Source of the DNA: Euryarchaeota archaeon UBA487
Lineage (GTDB): Archaea; Thermoplasmatota; Poseidoniia; Poseidoniales; Thalassarchaeaceae
Assembly: GCA_002505695.1 (NCBI GenBank)
Contig: DAVU01000014.1
Location: 9,432-73,431, forward strand
Direction of reading: 5' to 3'
DNA: 64,000 bases
Shown: in pieces, positions 38,883 through 48,997 of the stretch
Layout of the letters: each line of letters begins with the position of its first letter
Position numbering within the stretch: the first letter of the stretch is position 1
Notes under the pieces: generated by a model
What the model was told of the DNA's origin: nothing
The model's input: only the letters and a program-made list of their open reading frames with translations
Databases searched by the model: none
Position numbers and translations under genes: made by a program

Positions 38883-38919
38883 AGTCTAGGATCATATCAG
38901 GGTGACCCGTCGTCGATAC

Positions 38920-40158
38920 ATGGCAAAGTGGTCTCACGATGAACTTCGTGACTGGCTGGCTCCTACCCCTAGCAAGAAGCGGATGCGACTGGGCCTCGAA
39001 CATGTCAAGGATATTTTGAGCCGATTATCAAACCCTGAGTCCTCGTTCCCTTCAATACACGTAGCGGGTACGAACGGAAAGGGATCACTTTGTGCACATC
39101 TTTCGGCAAGAGGTGCGGCAAATGGCGTTCTGATGGGAATGTTCAGCTCTCCTCATCTAGTATCTGTTGAGGAGAGAGTGAGGATCGATGGGAGGCCAAT
39201 TAGCTCAGATGAATTCGACCTAGCCCTTTCCGAGGTAAGGCTAGCATCAGAGAAGGAGCCCGAGATCGAGGTCACATATTTTGAGAAAACGATGCTCGTA
39301 GCCATGCTCGCATTTCGAAGAGCCAAGATAGGTAGGGCAGTTATAGAAACAGGGTTGGGAGGAAGGCTGGACGCGACGAGATGCGTTCATGCAGACCTAT
39401 GCGCCATAACAACCATCTCTGAAGACCACATGGAGATTCTTGGCCCCACTCTGATTCACATTTTGAGGGAAAAGGCAGGGATTCATCGTGAGGGCGCGCC
39501 CTTGGTGATGCTCAATCCAGAACATTCCGATCTTGTGGATGAGGCACGAAGGATCATCGGCGGCGATCTGATAATGCATAGTCCTGAGAATCTAGACTCT
39601 CCTTGGGTAATCAGCAGGTCCATGGCAGTCGCGATAGGGGAAATGCTGGGCTGGGATATTGATCATGAGGATCCTTTGTGGCCAGGTAGGGATTCTAACA
39701 CATATCGACTTGGAAATAACGAGATATTCCTCAGTGCTGCCCACAACTACGAAAGTATACTTTCGGAGATGACTAGGCTCAAGGAACCCAACACTCTCAT
39801 CATTGGATTGACAAAGAAACAAGATCTTCACAGGGTACTGGCTCCGGTTAAAGCTGCAATTGAACGCAAAATGATTGAGCATGTTCTGATCCTAGAACCA
39901 AAACATGGCAGGCTCCCTCCTGAAAATCAACAAGATATCATAGAAGCACTGGGAACGGGGGCTACGGTATCTGTGCCTATCGATATGAAAGAGGCAATTG
40001 AATTAGCAAGCAGTATCTCCAGAGATAAGGGGACTAGGATAATGGTAATGGGAAGCATACACTTGGTTGGAGATTGTATTGATATTATACACACAGGGAA
40101 TGGGGATCTTGACCCAATCCTTCAGATACATGCCAGTCACCATTCACCATGCTTCTAA
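38920..40158 (+). CDS. folC: Folylpolyglutamate synthase/dihydrofolate synthase
   Basis: HVAGTNGKGS, FSSPHL, ETGLGGRLDAT, EKAGI, WPGR, AAHN. Confidence 0.92.
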   Translation: MAKWSHDELRDWLAPTPSKKRMRLGLEHVKDILSRLSNPESSFPSIHVAGTNGKGSLCAHLSARGAANGVLMGMFSSPHLVSVEERVRIDGRPISSDEFDLALSEVRLASEKEPEIEVTYFEKTMLVAMLAFRRAKIGRAVIETGLGGRLDATRCVHADLCAITTISEDHMEILGPTLIHILREKAGIHREGAPLVMLNPEHSDLVDEARRIIGGDLIMHSPENLDSPWVISRSMAVAIGEMLGWDIDHEDPLWPGRDSNTYRLGNNEIFLSAAHNYESILSEMTRLKEPNTLIIGLTKKQDLHRVLAPVKAAIERKMIEHVLILEPKHGRLPPENQQDIIEALGTGATVSVPIDMKEAIELASSISRDKGTRIMVMGSIHLVGDCIDIIHTGNGDLDPILQIHASHHSPCF

Positions 40159-40182
40159 AAGGAGATTATACGCGGTGATAAC

Positions 40183-40620
40183 ATGAGCGCTAAGTGGGAC
40201 ATACGATTCTTGAAACTTGCAACTCATATATCGGAGTGGAGCAAAGACCCATCGACGAAGGTTGGGTGCGTGGTTGTCGGTCCAGATCGAGAAATTAGGT
40301 CAACGGGTTTCAATGGATTCCCCCGAGGCATACAAGATTCGGATGAGAGACTTACAAACAGGGATCTGAAGTATCCCTTGATATGCCATGCAGAGGAAAA
40401 TGCGATAATGCACGCAGCAAGGATCGGTCTTGCTTTGAAGGGATGTACGGCATATGTAACATGGCCCCCGTGCACTAGATGTGCACGCAGCCTCATCCAA
40501 GCTGGAGTATCAGAGATAGTAATCCCATCAGGTCTCGAGATACCAGACCGATGGAGGGATGATTTTGAGATGTCTATGGGGCTACTAAGAGAAGCAGAGG
40601 TCACGATCCGATCGGCTTAA
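40183..40620 (+). CDS. dCMP deaminase family protein
   Basis: SKDPSTKVGC, GFNGFPRG, HAEENA and PPCTRC zinc motifs. Confidence 0.93.
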   Translation: MSAKWDIRFLKLATHISEWSKDPSTKVGCVVVGPDREIRSTGFNGFPRGIQDSDERLTNRDLKYPLICHAEENAIMHAARIGLALKGCTAYVTWPPCTRCARSLIQAGVSEIVIPSGLEIPDRWRDDFEMSMGLLREAEVTIRSA

Positions 40621-40624
40621 GTTG

Positions 40625-41182
40625 CTAAATCTCTGGAAAAAGATCTCCTAAATGCCTTTCCAAGGCAGCTAGGTCACCGTTGTTCTCAACCGTATGGTCC
40701 GCCAAGGCGGATGTCGCGATCAAAGATTGGCCCGTTGCATCTTTAGACACGAGCTCCAATCTCTCAACCTCCAGAAAAGCCTCTCTGGTAACTGGGTCAC
40801 CAGATCTTGCCCTCGTCTGCGCCCTGAGCCACCGGGTTTCAGGATCAGCAGTCACCTCCAATAGAACGAAATCATTTCTTTTCCTTAGGGCGTAAACTTC
40901 GTCCGGCGTCCTTATGGAGTCAATCACTGCATTCTCACCCTCAAAAGCCTCCAGCAGCATTTCCGCTAATATCCCAGGCCCATGCCTTTTTCTTAACTCC
41001 CTCCCACCGTTTATCAGATTCTCCCTAGTGGGCTGAATATTGTTCTCTGATAACCACGATCTAATCGAATCTGAGCATGATCCTGTAAGGAACCCACGTG
41101 TTTGGAACCATTCCAAAACAGTTGTTTTCCCGGCTGCGTTTCGCCCCGTAAGCCCCACAAGCATAATTCGTGGAGAGCCCAC
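40625..41182 (-). CDS. P-loop nucleotide kinase (dephospho-CoA kinase-related)
   Basis: GLTGRNAAGKTT Walker A, IDSIR, ADHTVENNG. Substrate not determinable. Confidence 0.8.
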   Translation of the reverse strand: MGSPRIMLVGLTGRNAAGKTTVLEWFQTRGFLTGSCSDSIRSWLSENNIQPTRENLINGGRELRKRHGPGILAEMLLEAFEGENAVIDSIRTPDEVYALRKRNDFVLLEVTADPETRWLRAQTRARSGDPVTREAFLEVERLELVSKDATGQSLIATSALADHTVENNGDLAALERHLGDLFPEI

Positions 41183-41200
41183 AACTCAATAGCGGTTTTG

Positions 41201-44200
41201 TCAAGACCAATACCGCCTAGTCCTGGCATATTCGATTTCGGAATTGTGGATCGACCTCAGTAACCCAGTCCTAGAATCTGTCCGGAATCCTCTCAGTATC
41301 CTAGTAGCAGTCTCCTCCCCGATTCCTCTTCCCATCAGACAAAGGATTGCTTCAAATCCATGGTTATTGAGCAATTCAGCATTTTTCTGCATCCTCGCCC
41401 TATCCTTGGGATCTCTACTTTTCACCCATCCCAGCATCATTTCCTCCATCCTCTCTGGCCCGCAACATCTCATGCTCCCTCCACAAATTGGACAATCTCC
41501 AACACCCAGTTCAAGCCTATTCACCCGACTTCTTTGCACATCGTGGCAATTCAAGCAGACCAGAATACAGCGTTCTGACAACAATCTTGTTTCCAATCTC
41601 TCTCGCAACTCTTTATCCCCCCAAGCAGGAAGAAGCATGTCTCGTTCAGACCTCGGCGATTGTCCGAGCGGCCCGGGGGGAGTTATGATGATCTCGACGG
41701 AACCAAGTTGTAACTCCGACATGAGTTCCATGGCTCCCGTAATGTCCATTCTTTCATGGAATAACTTTGACAAAGTCTCCTCAACAACCGCCGTCCCTTG
41801 ATAGCGCTTTAGCATCCCTGAAATGTTCACTTTTCTTGGGTCAACGTCCTTTCTCAGTATGCCGAATCTTCGAGCAACCTGCACAAATCTGGCTCTGATG
41901 GCCCTTCCGTTTGGTATGGTCATCCTCAATATTGCTTCCAAGGCAAGTGGCGAGGTTTCACGTAGCCACTTCTCTATGTCGGATGCTTTCACGCCAGGAA
42001 TTCTGAATGATATCCTGTAGGGGTCAACAACAGCAACCCCCATGCTCCCACCAAGGCCTGATCCCATGGCTTGGATGAAATGGGCTAGAGTCTCATTTAT
42101 TCTTGATCCACGACAGCAGTTCAATATGATGGCATGTTCTCTTAGTTCAATCGTCAAAGTCTTGTCATCTGGGACATGGCCGGTAGAATCAAAGTGGTCA
42201 ACTACGGTCTGGATATACAACGAGGCTGCTTCCTCAGAGAGTGGATAGTCATCAAACGAGATTTCATCTTCACTCTCTCTGGTTGTGTTCACAAGGTCCA
42301 GAACACTCCTTCGCATCTGTCCAACTTCAATGGCAACCTCAGGAGGGACTGGCGGCAACTCCCCTGACCAAACCGGAGCGCTCCCTACTTGAGAAACTGG
42401 TGCTACCACTAACTCATTGTGCTCAGGATCAGCATCCACAATCTGCCAAGTCCTTCCTGCCATTACGAATGTCCTGGGTCTGCCCTCAGCATCCTCGCTG
42501 CCATCTGAGTTCAAGGATAGTACGAATGACTCATCAACCGTTCCTAGGACTCGTCTGCTGACCAGATCACGAATCTTGAACAAAGACTCGTCTGGAATCA
42601 TCGAATAATGGTCCCCCCTCGTAGACATTAGCTTGCCAGCGCCTTGAAACCAACCATCAGACAAAACCTCGGGCAGGCTCCTCACCATTTTCAACCTCAT
42701 CTTTTCCAGTTCCGAGTCAGAATAATCGCCGGGGATTGGACGAGAATCAGGGAAGTCAGCGTCATCAATGAGGGTAGAAAACTCATCCCAAAGCATCGTG
42801 CTCCAAGCAATGATGTCTGAGTTGGGCGGGTCATCAATTAGCCTAAGTAGCCAACGATCATCAAGCACCCTAAGAGTTGCCATGGTATCTTCGAATGACC
42901 AGTCTTTGAACACAGATGCAGATGCAAGTATGCCATGGGCAGTTTGGAGAGGTACAACCTTTCTCTCCATTGCCATTTGCAGCAGTTGATTTGCCGCAAC
43001 GATTGTGGGGTTGAGACGCCACTCGATATCAGGTAATTCCTTGGCGAGAGCCTTTCTTGCAATTACAGCTGATTCGGCGATATCATCATGCTCCCATACG
43101 AGTATCTCACCTCGTCCAGTACCCCCCAATTTGTGTTCGGACCTCCCGATCCGTTGGAGCAGGCTGTCTACACTTCTGGGAGATTGAATCTGATGCACCG
43201 CCTTGATCGATCCAACGTCTATTCCAAGCTCTAGACTAGATGTGCAGATCATCGCATCCAACTTACCATCTTTCAGGTCATTTTCCATTTGCTCTCTGGT
43301 TTCAGCCGCAAGACTTCCATGATGTACCCCGATTCTTACTTCTGGGGAGATCTGAAGCATACGCTGAGCTACAGTCTCAGCATTTGACCTCGAATTCACG
43401 AAGACCAGGGCTGGGGAAGATGTATTGATGAGGCTTGTTAGCCTCCTCAGTGAGGAAATGGCTCGAGGGGAGACATTCCAAGTTACTGACAACGCTTCAT
43501 CCTCGGGAGTTGCGGGCTCAACGTGAACTGAAACCTCGGTTGACCTTGGTGATGGACCTTCCACTACCACTGCGTTTTTCGAAAACCATCTTGCAACCTC
43601 ATTTGCGTTTCCTACCGTGGCTGATAGCCCTACAACCTGTACTTCTCTTCCAGCGAGTGCGCGTATTCTTTGGATCCCAACTAACAATTGTGAGCCACGC
43701 TCTGAACTTGCGAGGTCATGAACTTCGTCAATGACGATCGTTCGAACCTTCGCTAGGTGTTTTCTCAACCTAGAACCTAGCAGCATGATCTGGAGGGTTT
43801 CCGGCGTGGTAATCAGAATGTCAGGCGGGGTCTTCGATTGTTTTGCCCGCTCTTTTTTTGAAGTATCTCCGTGACGTAGTGATACCGTGAGGCCAAGGGG
43901 TTCCAGAAATGGTCCAAGCCTCTGATCCATGTCCCTGTTCAGGGCCCTGAGAGGCGTGACATAGAGCACGGAAAGTGCCCGCCATTCCCCTGAAAGTACG
44001 TTTGAGGCTATTGGGATTATTGCAGCCTCGGTCTTTCCGCTTCCAGTCGGCGCAACCAACAAGGCATCCTTTCCCAAAAGCAGGGGTTTCAACGACGCCT
44101 CCTGAATAGGGGTGGGGGTCCAACTTAGATTGTCTAGTAGTAGAGATACCTCAGGGACCAGCCCCTCCTCAGGTCGCACGGACCTTGGGGAGACAAGGGC

Positions 44201-44239
44201 ATGCAAAAAGACATGTTCCACAGGACCAACCACCCGCAA
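41201..44239 (-). CDS. lhr: Lhr-like ATP-dependent SF2 helicase
   Basis: PTGSGKTEAA, YVTPLRALNRD, TTPE, DEVHD, SAT, HHGSL, TSSLELGIDVG, QRIGRS; C-terminal CxxC..CxxC. Exact start uncertain. Confidence 0.93.
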   Translation of the reverse strand: MRVVGPVEHVFLHALVSPRSVRPEEGLVPEVSLLLDNLSWTPTPIQEASLKPLLLGKDALLVAPTGSGKTEAAIIPIASNVLSGEWRALSVLYVTPLRALNRDMDQRLGPFLEPLGLTVSLRHGDTSKKERAKQSKTPPDILITTPETLQIMLLGSRLRKHLAKVRTIVIDEVHDLASSERGSQLLVGIQRIRALAGREVQVVGLSATVGNANEVARWFSKNAVVVEGPSPRSTEVSVHVEPATPEDEALSVTWNVSPRAISSLRRLTSLINTSSPALVFVNSRSNAETVAQRMLQISPEVRIGVHHGSLAAETREQMENDLKDGKLDAMICTSSLELGIDVGSIKAVHQIQSPRSVDSLLQRIGRSEHKLGGTGRGEILVWEHDDIAESAVIARKALAKELPDIEWRLNPTIVAANQLLQMAMERKVVPLQTAHGILASASVFKDWSFEDTMATLRVLDDRWLLRLIDDPPNSDIIAWSTMLWDEFSTLIDDADFPDSRPIPGDYSDSELEKMRLKMVRSLPEVLSDGWFQGAGKLMSTRGDHYSMIPDESLFKIRDLVSRRVLGTVDESFVLSLNSDGSEDAEGRPRTFVMAGRTWQIVDADPEHNELVVAPVSQVGSAPVWSGELPPVPPEVAIEVGQMRRSVLDLVNTTRESEDEISFDDYPLSEEAASLYIQTVVDHFDSTGHVPDDKTLTIELREHAIILNCCRGSRINETLAHFIQAMGSGLGGSMGVAVVDPYRISFRIPGVKASDIEKWLRETSPLALEAILRMTIPNGRAIRARFVQVARRFGILRKDVDPRKVNISGMLKRYQGTAVVEETLSKLFHERMDITGAMELMSELQLGSVEIIITPPGPLGQSPRSERDMLLPAWGDKELRERLETRLLSERCILVCLNCHDVQRSRVNRLELGVGDCPICGGSMRCCGPERMEEMMLGWVKSRDPKDRARMQKNAELLNNHGFEAILCLMGRGIGEETATRILRGFRTDSRTGLLRSIHNSEIEYARTRRYWS

Positions 44240-44270
44240 GTGACTAATTCAGATCGCCCCTCCGGGGAAC

Positions 44271-45023
44271 GTGGCCCGATCTGGATCCAGCAGGGTTCTC
44301 AGGAAATGGTGGGCAGATAATCCAGATTTACATTACCCAATGACTGCCTATGCATCGATCATATCTGTCGGATCTACCATGTGGGGCCTTCTCTTCATAA
44401 TGCTAGGTGGTGCGACTGACCCTCAGGCCTCGTCATTGGTTCCGATCAGTTGGGCCTGCCTCATTCTTGGCGGAGTAGGGTGCTTTTTCCTTCTCCCTGA
44501 GTTCTTTCTCTACATCTCACTTCGGTCGACATTTGAGCAAATATGCACACAGGACAACAGGACAGAGATCATAAGAAGAAGGAAAGAATTGGAAGACGCA
44601 GCGGAATCCCTGGGTAGCTCCTACAAATCCCGTGTTCTCGGAATTTATCAACAAATGGAAATCAAGCCTAATCGTAGGTGGAGGGTGGCCCCATCCACGG
44701 CAACTTCACGAACAAAATGGTGGTCAAATACCAACTCAAAACTATCACGAGTACTCCCCAACCTGAAGCCGCTGAAGAACCAGTCTACTCATCAAGCCAT
44801 AATCGTGGTGACGACAATCTCAATTTCAATGCTGATCCTTGAGGCGAGCATTGGGGGCATGGATGGATTGACAACTTCCATCAACGACCTCATTCTTGGA
44901 AGTAGTGAGGCAAATTACCCTCCTCCATACCTAGATCCAATCTCTGGAATATTGTTGACATTCCTGACCATGTTACTATGGCTAACATCACCTGCCCAAC
45001 CAGAAAATGAGGAATTTGATTGA
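44271..45023 (+). CDS. Hypothetical membrane protein
   Basis: Four hydrophobic segments flanking a basic soluble region; overlaps the start of the signal peptidase gene. Confidence 0.65.
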   Translation: MARSGSSRVLRKWWADNPDLHYPMTAYASIISVGSTMWGLLFIMLGGATDPQASSLVPISWACLILGGVGCFFLLPEFFLYISLRSTFEQICTQDNRTEIIRRRKELEDAAESLGSSYKSRVLGIYQQMEIKPNRRWRVAPSTATSRTKWWSNTNSKLSRVLPNLKPLKNQSTHQAIIVVTTISISMLILEASIGGMDGLTTSINDLILGSSEANYPPPYLDPISGILLTFLTMLLWLTSPAQPENEEFD

Positions 45024-45876
45024 TATGAAATCAACCATGCTTAGAGAGGTGGCAATCTCAATCGGGATGGTGATAGCTATCCTTAGTGGCCTGTGGGCAT
45101 ACACTGGCTCATGGCCCCCGCTTGTAGTTGTCGAGAGCAACTCCATGATCCACTCAGAACAAGGAGAGGTTGGGTCGATAGATGCTGGAGATTTGGTATT
45201 GGTAAACTCCCCTCGAAGGACCGATCAAATTGTCACATATGTGGAATCAATGCAAGAAGGCAATCAGTTCTCTGGCCACCAGAGTCATGGCATGCCAGGT
45301 GACGTCATAATCTACCAAAAGAACGGCGGTACTGATACCCCCGTGATACACAGGGCAATTCTCAAGGCAGTGAGGAATGAAACTGGCGGTTGGGATGTTC
45401 CTGGAACTGATATCAGGGCAGTTGAGGAGATCTCATTGATCATCGACTATCCTTGTTATCCGCACGGTGGCAACTTGAGGATTGATAGGTGGGTCCCCGC
45501 CCATGAGGGTTACCTTACAACTGGGGACAATGAAAAATCAAATGGTTGCAGATTGGACCAATTAAGGGCCACAGATAGCAATGCATCGGATCAATATATC
45601 CGAAGTCAGGGTCTTAAGGATCAGGATGGCAACCCCGTTTTGGCAGTGAAAGATGAGTGGGTGATAGGCGTCGCATCCACGGAGATTCCTTGGCTCGGAT
45701 CGATAAAACTGCTCACAACTGGTGCATGGCCAGCTGTTCCCAACCAATCATGGACTAAACTCAGCATGTTGATCGGGGTAATCCTAGTGGCGCCGGTGAT
45801 CTTTGATGCTATCCGAGGAAGATCAAAAGAATCTGGGAAGCAGTATGGGGATAAGGACCAGGGCGAGGACGAATAG
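45007..45876 (+). CDS. Signal peptidase I (S26, archaeal/ER type)
   Basis: VVESNSMIH (catalytic Ser), GDLV, VIHRA (His), TTGDNE; N- and C-terminal TM. Confidence 0.9.
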   Translation: MRNLIDMKSTMLREVAISIGMVIAILSGLWAYTGSWPPLVVVESNSMIHSEQGEVGSIDAGDLVLVNSPRRTDQIVTYVESMQEGNQFSGHQSHGMPGDVIIYQKNGGTDTPVIHRAILKAVRNETGGWDVPGTDIRAVEEISLIIDYPCYPHGGNLRIDRWVPAHEGYLTTGDNEKSNGCRLDQLRATDSNASDQYIRSQGLKDQDGNPVLAVKDEWVIGVASTEIPWLGSIKLLTTGAWPAVPNQSWTKLSMLIGVILVAPVIFDAIRGRSKESGKQYGDKDQGEDE

Positions 45877-47322
45877 CGAACTATAACCGCTTATCTGATC
45901 CGCTATCCTCTCGATTTTCAGGGGGTTTGACTTGGGCAATATTCTTTTGGCAATGATGTGTCCAGCATTTCGGACCATATGACCCCCATCAAACGGTATC
46001 AACGGAATTAGGTTAGCCACCCCCAGAAGAAAACTAATCCACATTATCCAGAACAAAAAATCAAACAGGCCCAAGATGACGTCTATTCCTAGTAGGGATG
46101 GAAGGATGCCGGTACCTGCCCCTAGGAAGGCCCTCTCCTCCAACACCATCGTCTGACCCTGATTTTGGATTGGCACACCACTAAAGAGTAGGGGCGAAAA
46201 TGCCGTTTGGACGAAGCGCTCACTAAAACTCAAATCCTCTGATATTGGAAGGCCATAGACTCTAGCAGCAGAGTCTGCGGATCTTATGCCAATGACACCT
46301 AGAAACGCATCCCCCTCCTCTATCCCTGCTCCATCCACGTTGGATTCACATTGAGAATCCCCATCACATAATTGATAGTAGTAACTTTTTTTGTCAGTCA
46401 GTGTCACATCAACCTCTCTGAACACAACGTCACCATGTATGGGGTTAGAACTGACGAGCATGGTAATCAAATCCCCTGAATCGTGTTGGTTTAGGATTCT
46501 TGTTAGGTCGTCACCAGTTGCGATGGAAACTCCATCAATCTCAGAAATCAACTCATACGGAAGAAGGCCGGCTTCGTCTGCCCCTGAACCCTCAACTATC
46601 CCAACTGCGTACACGCCATCTTGTTTCGCAGTTAATCCAGAAGAAACCACTGCTAGGAGTATGACGACAAAATATGTCATGACAATATTGACTGAAGGCC
46701 CGGCCGCAAACATCCTCAACCGATCCCGTTGCGGGGCAATCCTCATCTCTTCTTGGTCTGGCTCATAAAAAGCCCCGACTGGAATGATCCCTGCCATCAA
46801 TACTCCAAAAGATCGAATCCTCATCCCATGGGCACGTGCCATTAGGCCATGTCCATACTCGTGAACCACAACAGCTACGATTAGTGCGAGAATAGGCCAG
46901 AAAATTGGCACAAAGCTAGTCACCCCTGGGATGAACAAAATATCCGTTGCAGGCAGAACTTCTTGCCGGGCCGGCTCCACTGCTGTGCTTATTGCGCTTG
47001 CAGCTATTCCAAAAATTAAGAAGAGCATGACAGCGAAGCAAAGCCAAATTGAGGCCTCCCCAAAAATCCTCCAAAAACGTCTAGGGCGGGCTATGAAATC
47101 GGCTGCATCCTTTCCTTTGTTCGTTCTAATCATCAATATGATGCCCAAGACTCTCGTACAATTCCACCTTTCCAGATATCCGTTTCTATCCAAGAACAGG
47201 ATTGAGATGTACCACAAAATCAGGAAGGATCCAAGCGGAAGACTGAGCAAACCATTCACAGTCAAGAGCACAAGTCCCGCGATCATTAGGATCTGATTAA
47301 AGCCCAATGAACCCTCTTCCAT
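45823..47322 (-). CDS. Site-2 protease (M50) with PDZ domain
   Basis: HEYGH, FAAGPSVN, PDZ (SGADEAGL), NLIPLIPFDGGH. ATG 47322 preferred over 47589. Confidence 0.93.
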   Translation of the reverse strand: MEEGSLGFNQILMIAGLVLLTVNGLLSLPLGSFLILWYISILFLDRNGYLERWNCTRVLGIILMIRTNKGKDAADFIARPRRFWRIFGEASIWLCFAVMLFLIFGIAASAISTAVEPARQEVLPATDILFIPGVTSFVPIFWPILALIVAVVVHEYGHGLMARAHGMRIRSFGVLMAGIIPVGAFYEPDQEEMRIAPQRDRLRMFAAGPSVNIVMTYFVVILLAVVSSGLTAKQDGVYAVGIVEGSGADEAGLLPYELISEIDGVSIATGDDLTRILNQHDSGDLITMLVSSNPIHGDVVFREVDVTLTDKKSYYYQLCDGDSQCESNVDGAGIEEGDAFLGVIGIRSADSAARVYGLPISEDLSFSERFVQTAFSPLLFSGVPIQNQGQTMVLEERAFLGAGTGILPSLLGIDVILGLFDFLFWIMWISFLLGVANLIPLIPFDGGHMVRNAGHIIAKRILPKSNPLKIERIADQISGYSSLFVLALVLIPILLPRFF

Positions 47323-47400
47323 GGTACGACCGATATGGCGGCCTGCTTCAAATGTCACTATTACGAGAACACTAAAACAGCCTCCTACCACAGAGGTACA

Positions 47401-47565
47401 ATGGCATCGGATGTAAGCAGGGAAAGCCGGGCTGTTATCAGGGTAAAAAAGGAGTATGAGGCCATAAAAGCCCGTCTCGACCGTATCGATTTGGAGATAT
47501 CGAAACGTGAGATTGAAGATATCCGAATTATATTGGACCGGATTGATCGGGAACTTACGAAGTAG
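47401..47565 (+). CDS. Small charged coiled-coil protein (54 aa)
   Basis: ATG 47401, divergent from S2P; heptad-like pattern with LDRID repeated twice; overlaps the hjc stop by 11 nt. Confidence 0.45.
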   Translation: MASDVSRESRAVIRVKKEYEAIKARLDRIDLEISKREIEDIRIILDRIDRELTK

Positions 47566-48100
47566 TTGTGACAGATCCTCTCGAGCCATCTGACCTGCAA
47601 ATCATGGCAATAAATCTGTGCAGTGGCATACCACTTTCCCAGTCCAGATGTGGGGCCCCATTCCTCGTGAGTGGTAAATTAGGAACCCTGTTGGCGATCA
47701 ATCGCATCTTTCCACTCAATCCGTCAACTGGAACTGATAGGATCCTCCAACTATCCCCCCTCACTCCTTTCAGTCTGAATGCATATAGGGGTAATAGACC
47801 GCAACGTTCGCCAGTTTCCTTGAACGCTTCGTATTGAGCCATTGTTCTTCCTGATAGGTAAATTTTACTTGTTTTTGATGATTTTACCTCTATCGGGAAA
47901 CAAACGTCCCCTCTCAAGACAAGAAGATCGCCCGTGCCCTCTGATCCGCTGCCGGGTGCTCTTACAACCAGAAAAGGTCGCTCACAAACTTGCATTGCCC
48001 GAGCTCTCTCTACCTCGTTGCAAGATCTTGTTATCGCCAATACTCCCTTTCTTTCCCCAGCGAGGACGGATCTTAATTCACGCTCATAGGGACCGCTCAT
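47555..48100 (-). CDS. hjc: Archaeal Holliday junction resolvase
   Basis: MSGPYERELR, GD and IEVKS (E..D..ExK PD-(D/E)xK catalytic set). Confidence 0.85.
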   Translation of the reverse strand: MSGPYERELRSVLAGERKGVLAITRSCNEVERARAMQVCERPFLVVRAPGSGSEGTGDLLVLRGDVCFPIEVKSSKTSKIYLSGRTMAQYEAFKETGERCGLLPLYAFRLKGVRGDSWRILSVPVDGLSGKMRLIANRVPNLPLTRNGAPHLDWESGMPLHRFIAMICRSDGSRGSVTTTS

Positions 48101-48238
48101 GACACTGTAGCCTATCGGGTAGGCTAATGACGACACCGGTCTGATTTACCAGAAACTAGCGATTAGCTTTCGAAACAACCATCACGAAGGTCCAAACAAC
48201 AGTAAGACTTGAACACCGGCTGCCACTTTTATCCTACA

Positions 48239-48997
48239 ATGGACATAGCGGGAGTCAAGACTCAGGACTACCAACTCGCATACAGATTGATTCAAGCATT
48301 ACGTACCACAGGCATCAAGCCAGTTCAACTGAGTCCTGACGATCCAGTCCCAGCCTCGATGCCAATTTGGTTCGGAACACCCTCGGAGGTGGAATCTGTG
48401 CGAGATCCACGGGGTATTGGATGCACTATTGAAAATCTTGATGCGGCTATCACAGCTGCGATATTAGGGACATCCGAATCAATAAATCACATAATATTTG
48501 GAGTAGATCCCGGACCCAGACCAGGGTTGGCATGGATATCAAGGACTCGATTATTGGGATCTATGCAACTTGAATCAGTCGATGAGACAGTCAACATGAT
48601 TGATTCTATACTCGCTGATTTGAGGCCAATTGGCCACACTGTCAGAATAGGCGATGGCTCTAAGACAATCTCTTGCAGACTCGTCAACGTCTGTCTGGCC
48701 AGAGGACACATTGTGGAGGTTGTAGACGAGAGGAGAACATCAATGGGATCACGACACAGCCACGCAGCATCAGCTGCTAGAATAGCACAGAAAAAAGGAA
48801 AGCAAGTGGTTAACAAAATACAATTGGATCCTTCTGAGGGCGAAATTAAAGAAATTCAAAGAAGGTCAAGGTCTACGTCGGGAGGGAGGGTTACCATCCC
48901 AAAGTCTCTCGCAAAGGCAGTTGCAGTCGGTCGAATGGACATACACGAAGCAGTTCAGAGACACGGAAACCTAGGCGAGTTCAAGCACGTGAGTTAA
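48239..48997 (+). CDS. Conserved hypothetical protein with RNase H-like (YqgF/RuvC-like) domain
   Basis: IIFGVDPGPRPGLA, VRIGDG, VDERRTS, HAASAARIA; C-terminal helical extension. Confidence 0.7.
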   Translation: MDIAGVKTQDYQLAYRLIQALRTTGIKPVQLSPDDPVPASMPIWFGTPSEVESVRDPRGIGCTIENLDAAITAAILGTSESINHIIFGVDPGPRPGLAWISRTRLLGSMQLESVDETVNMIDSILADLRPIGHTVRIGDGSKTISCRLVNVCLARGHIVEVVDERRTSMGSRHSHAASAARIAQKKGKQVVNKIQLDPSEGEIKEIQRRSRSTSGGRVTIPKSLAKAVAVGRMDIHEAVQRHGNLGEFKHVS

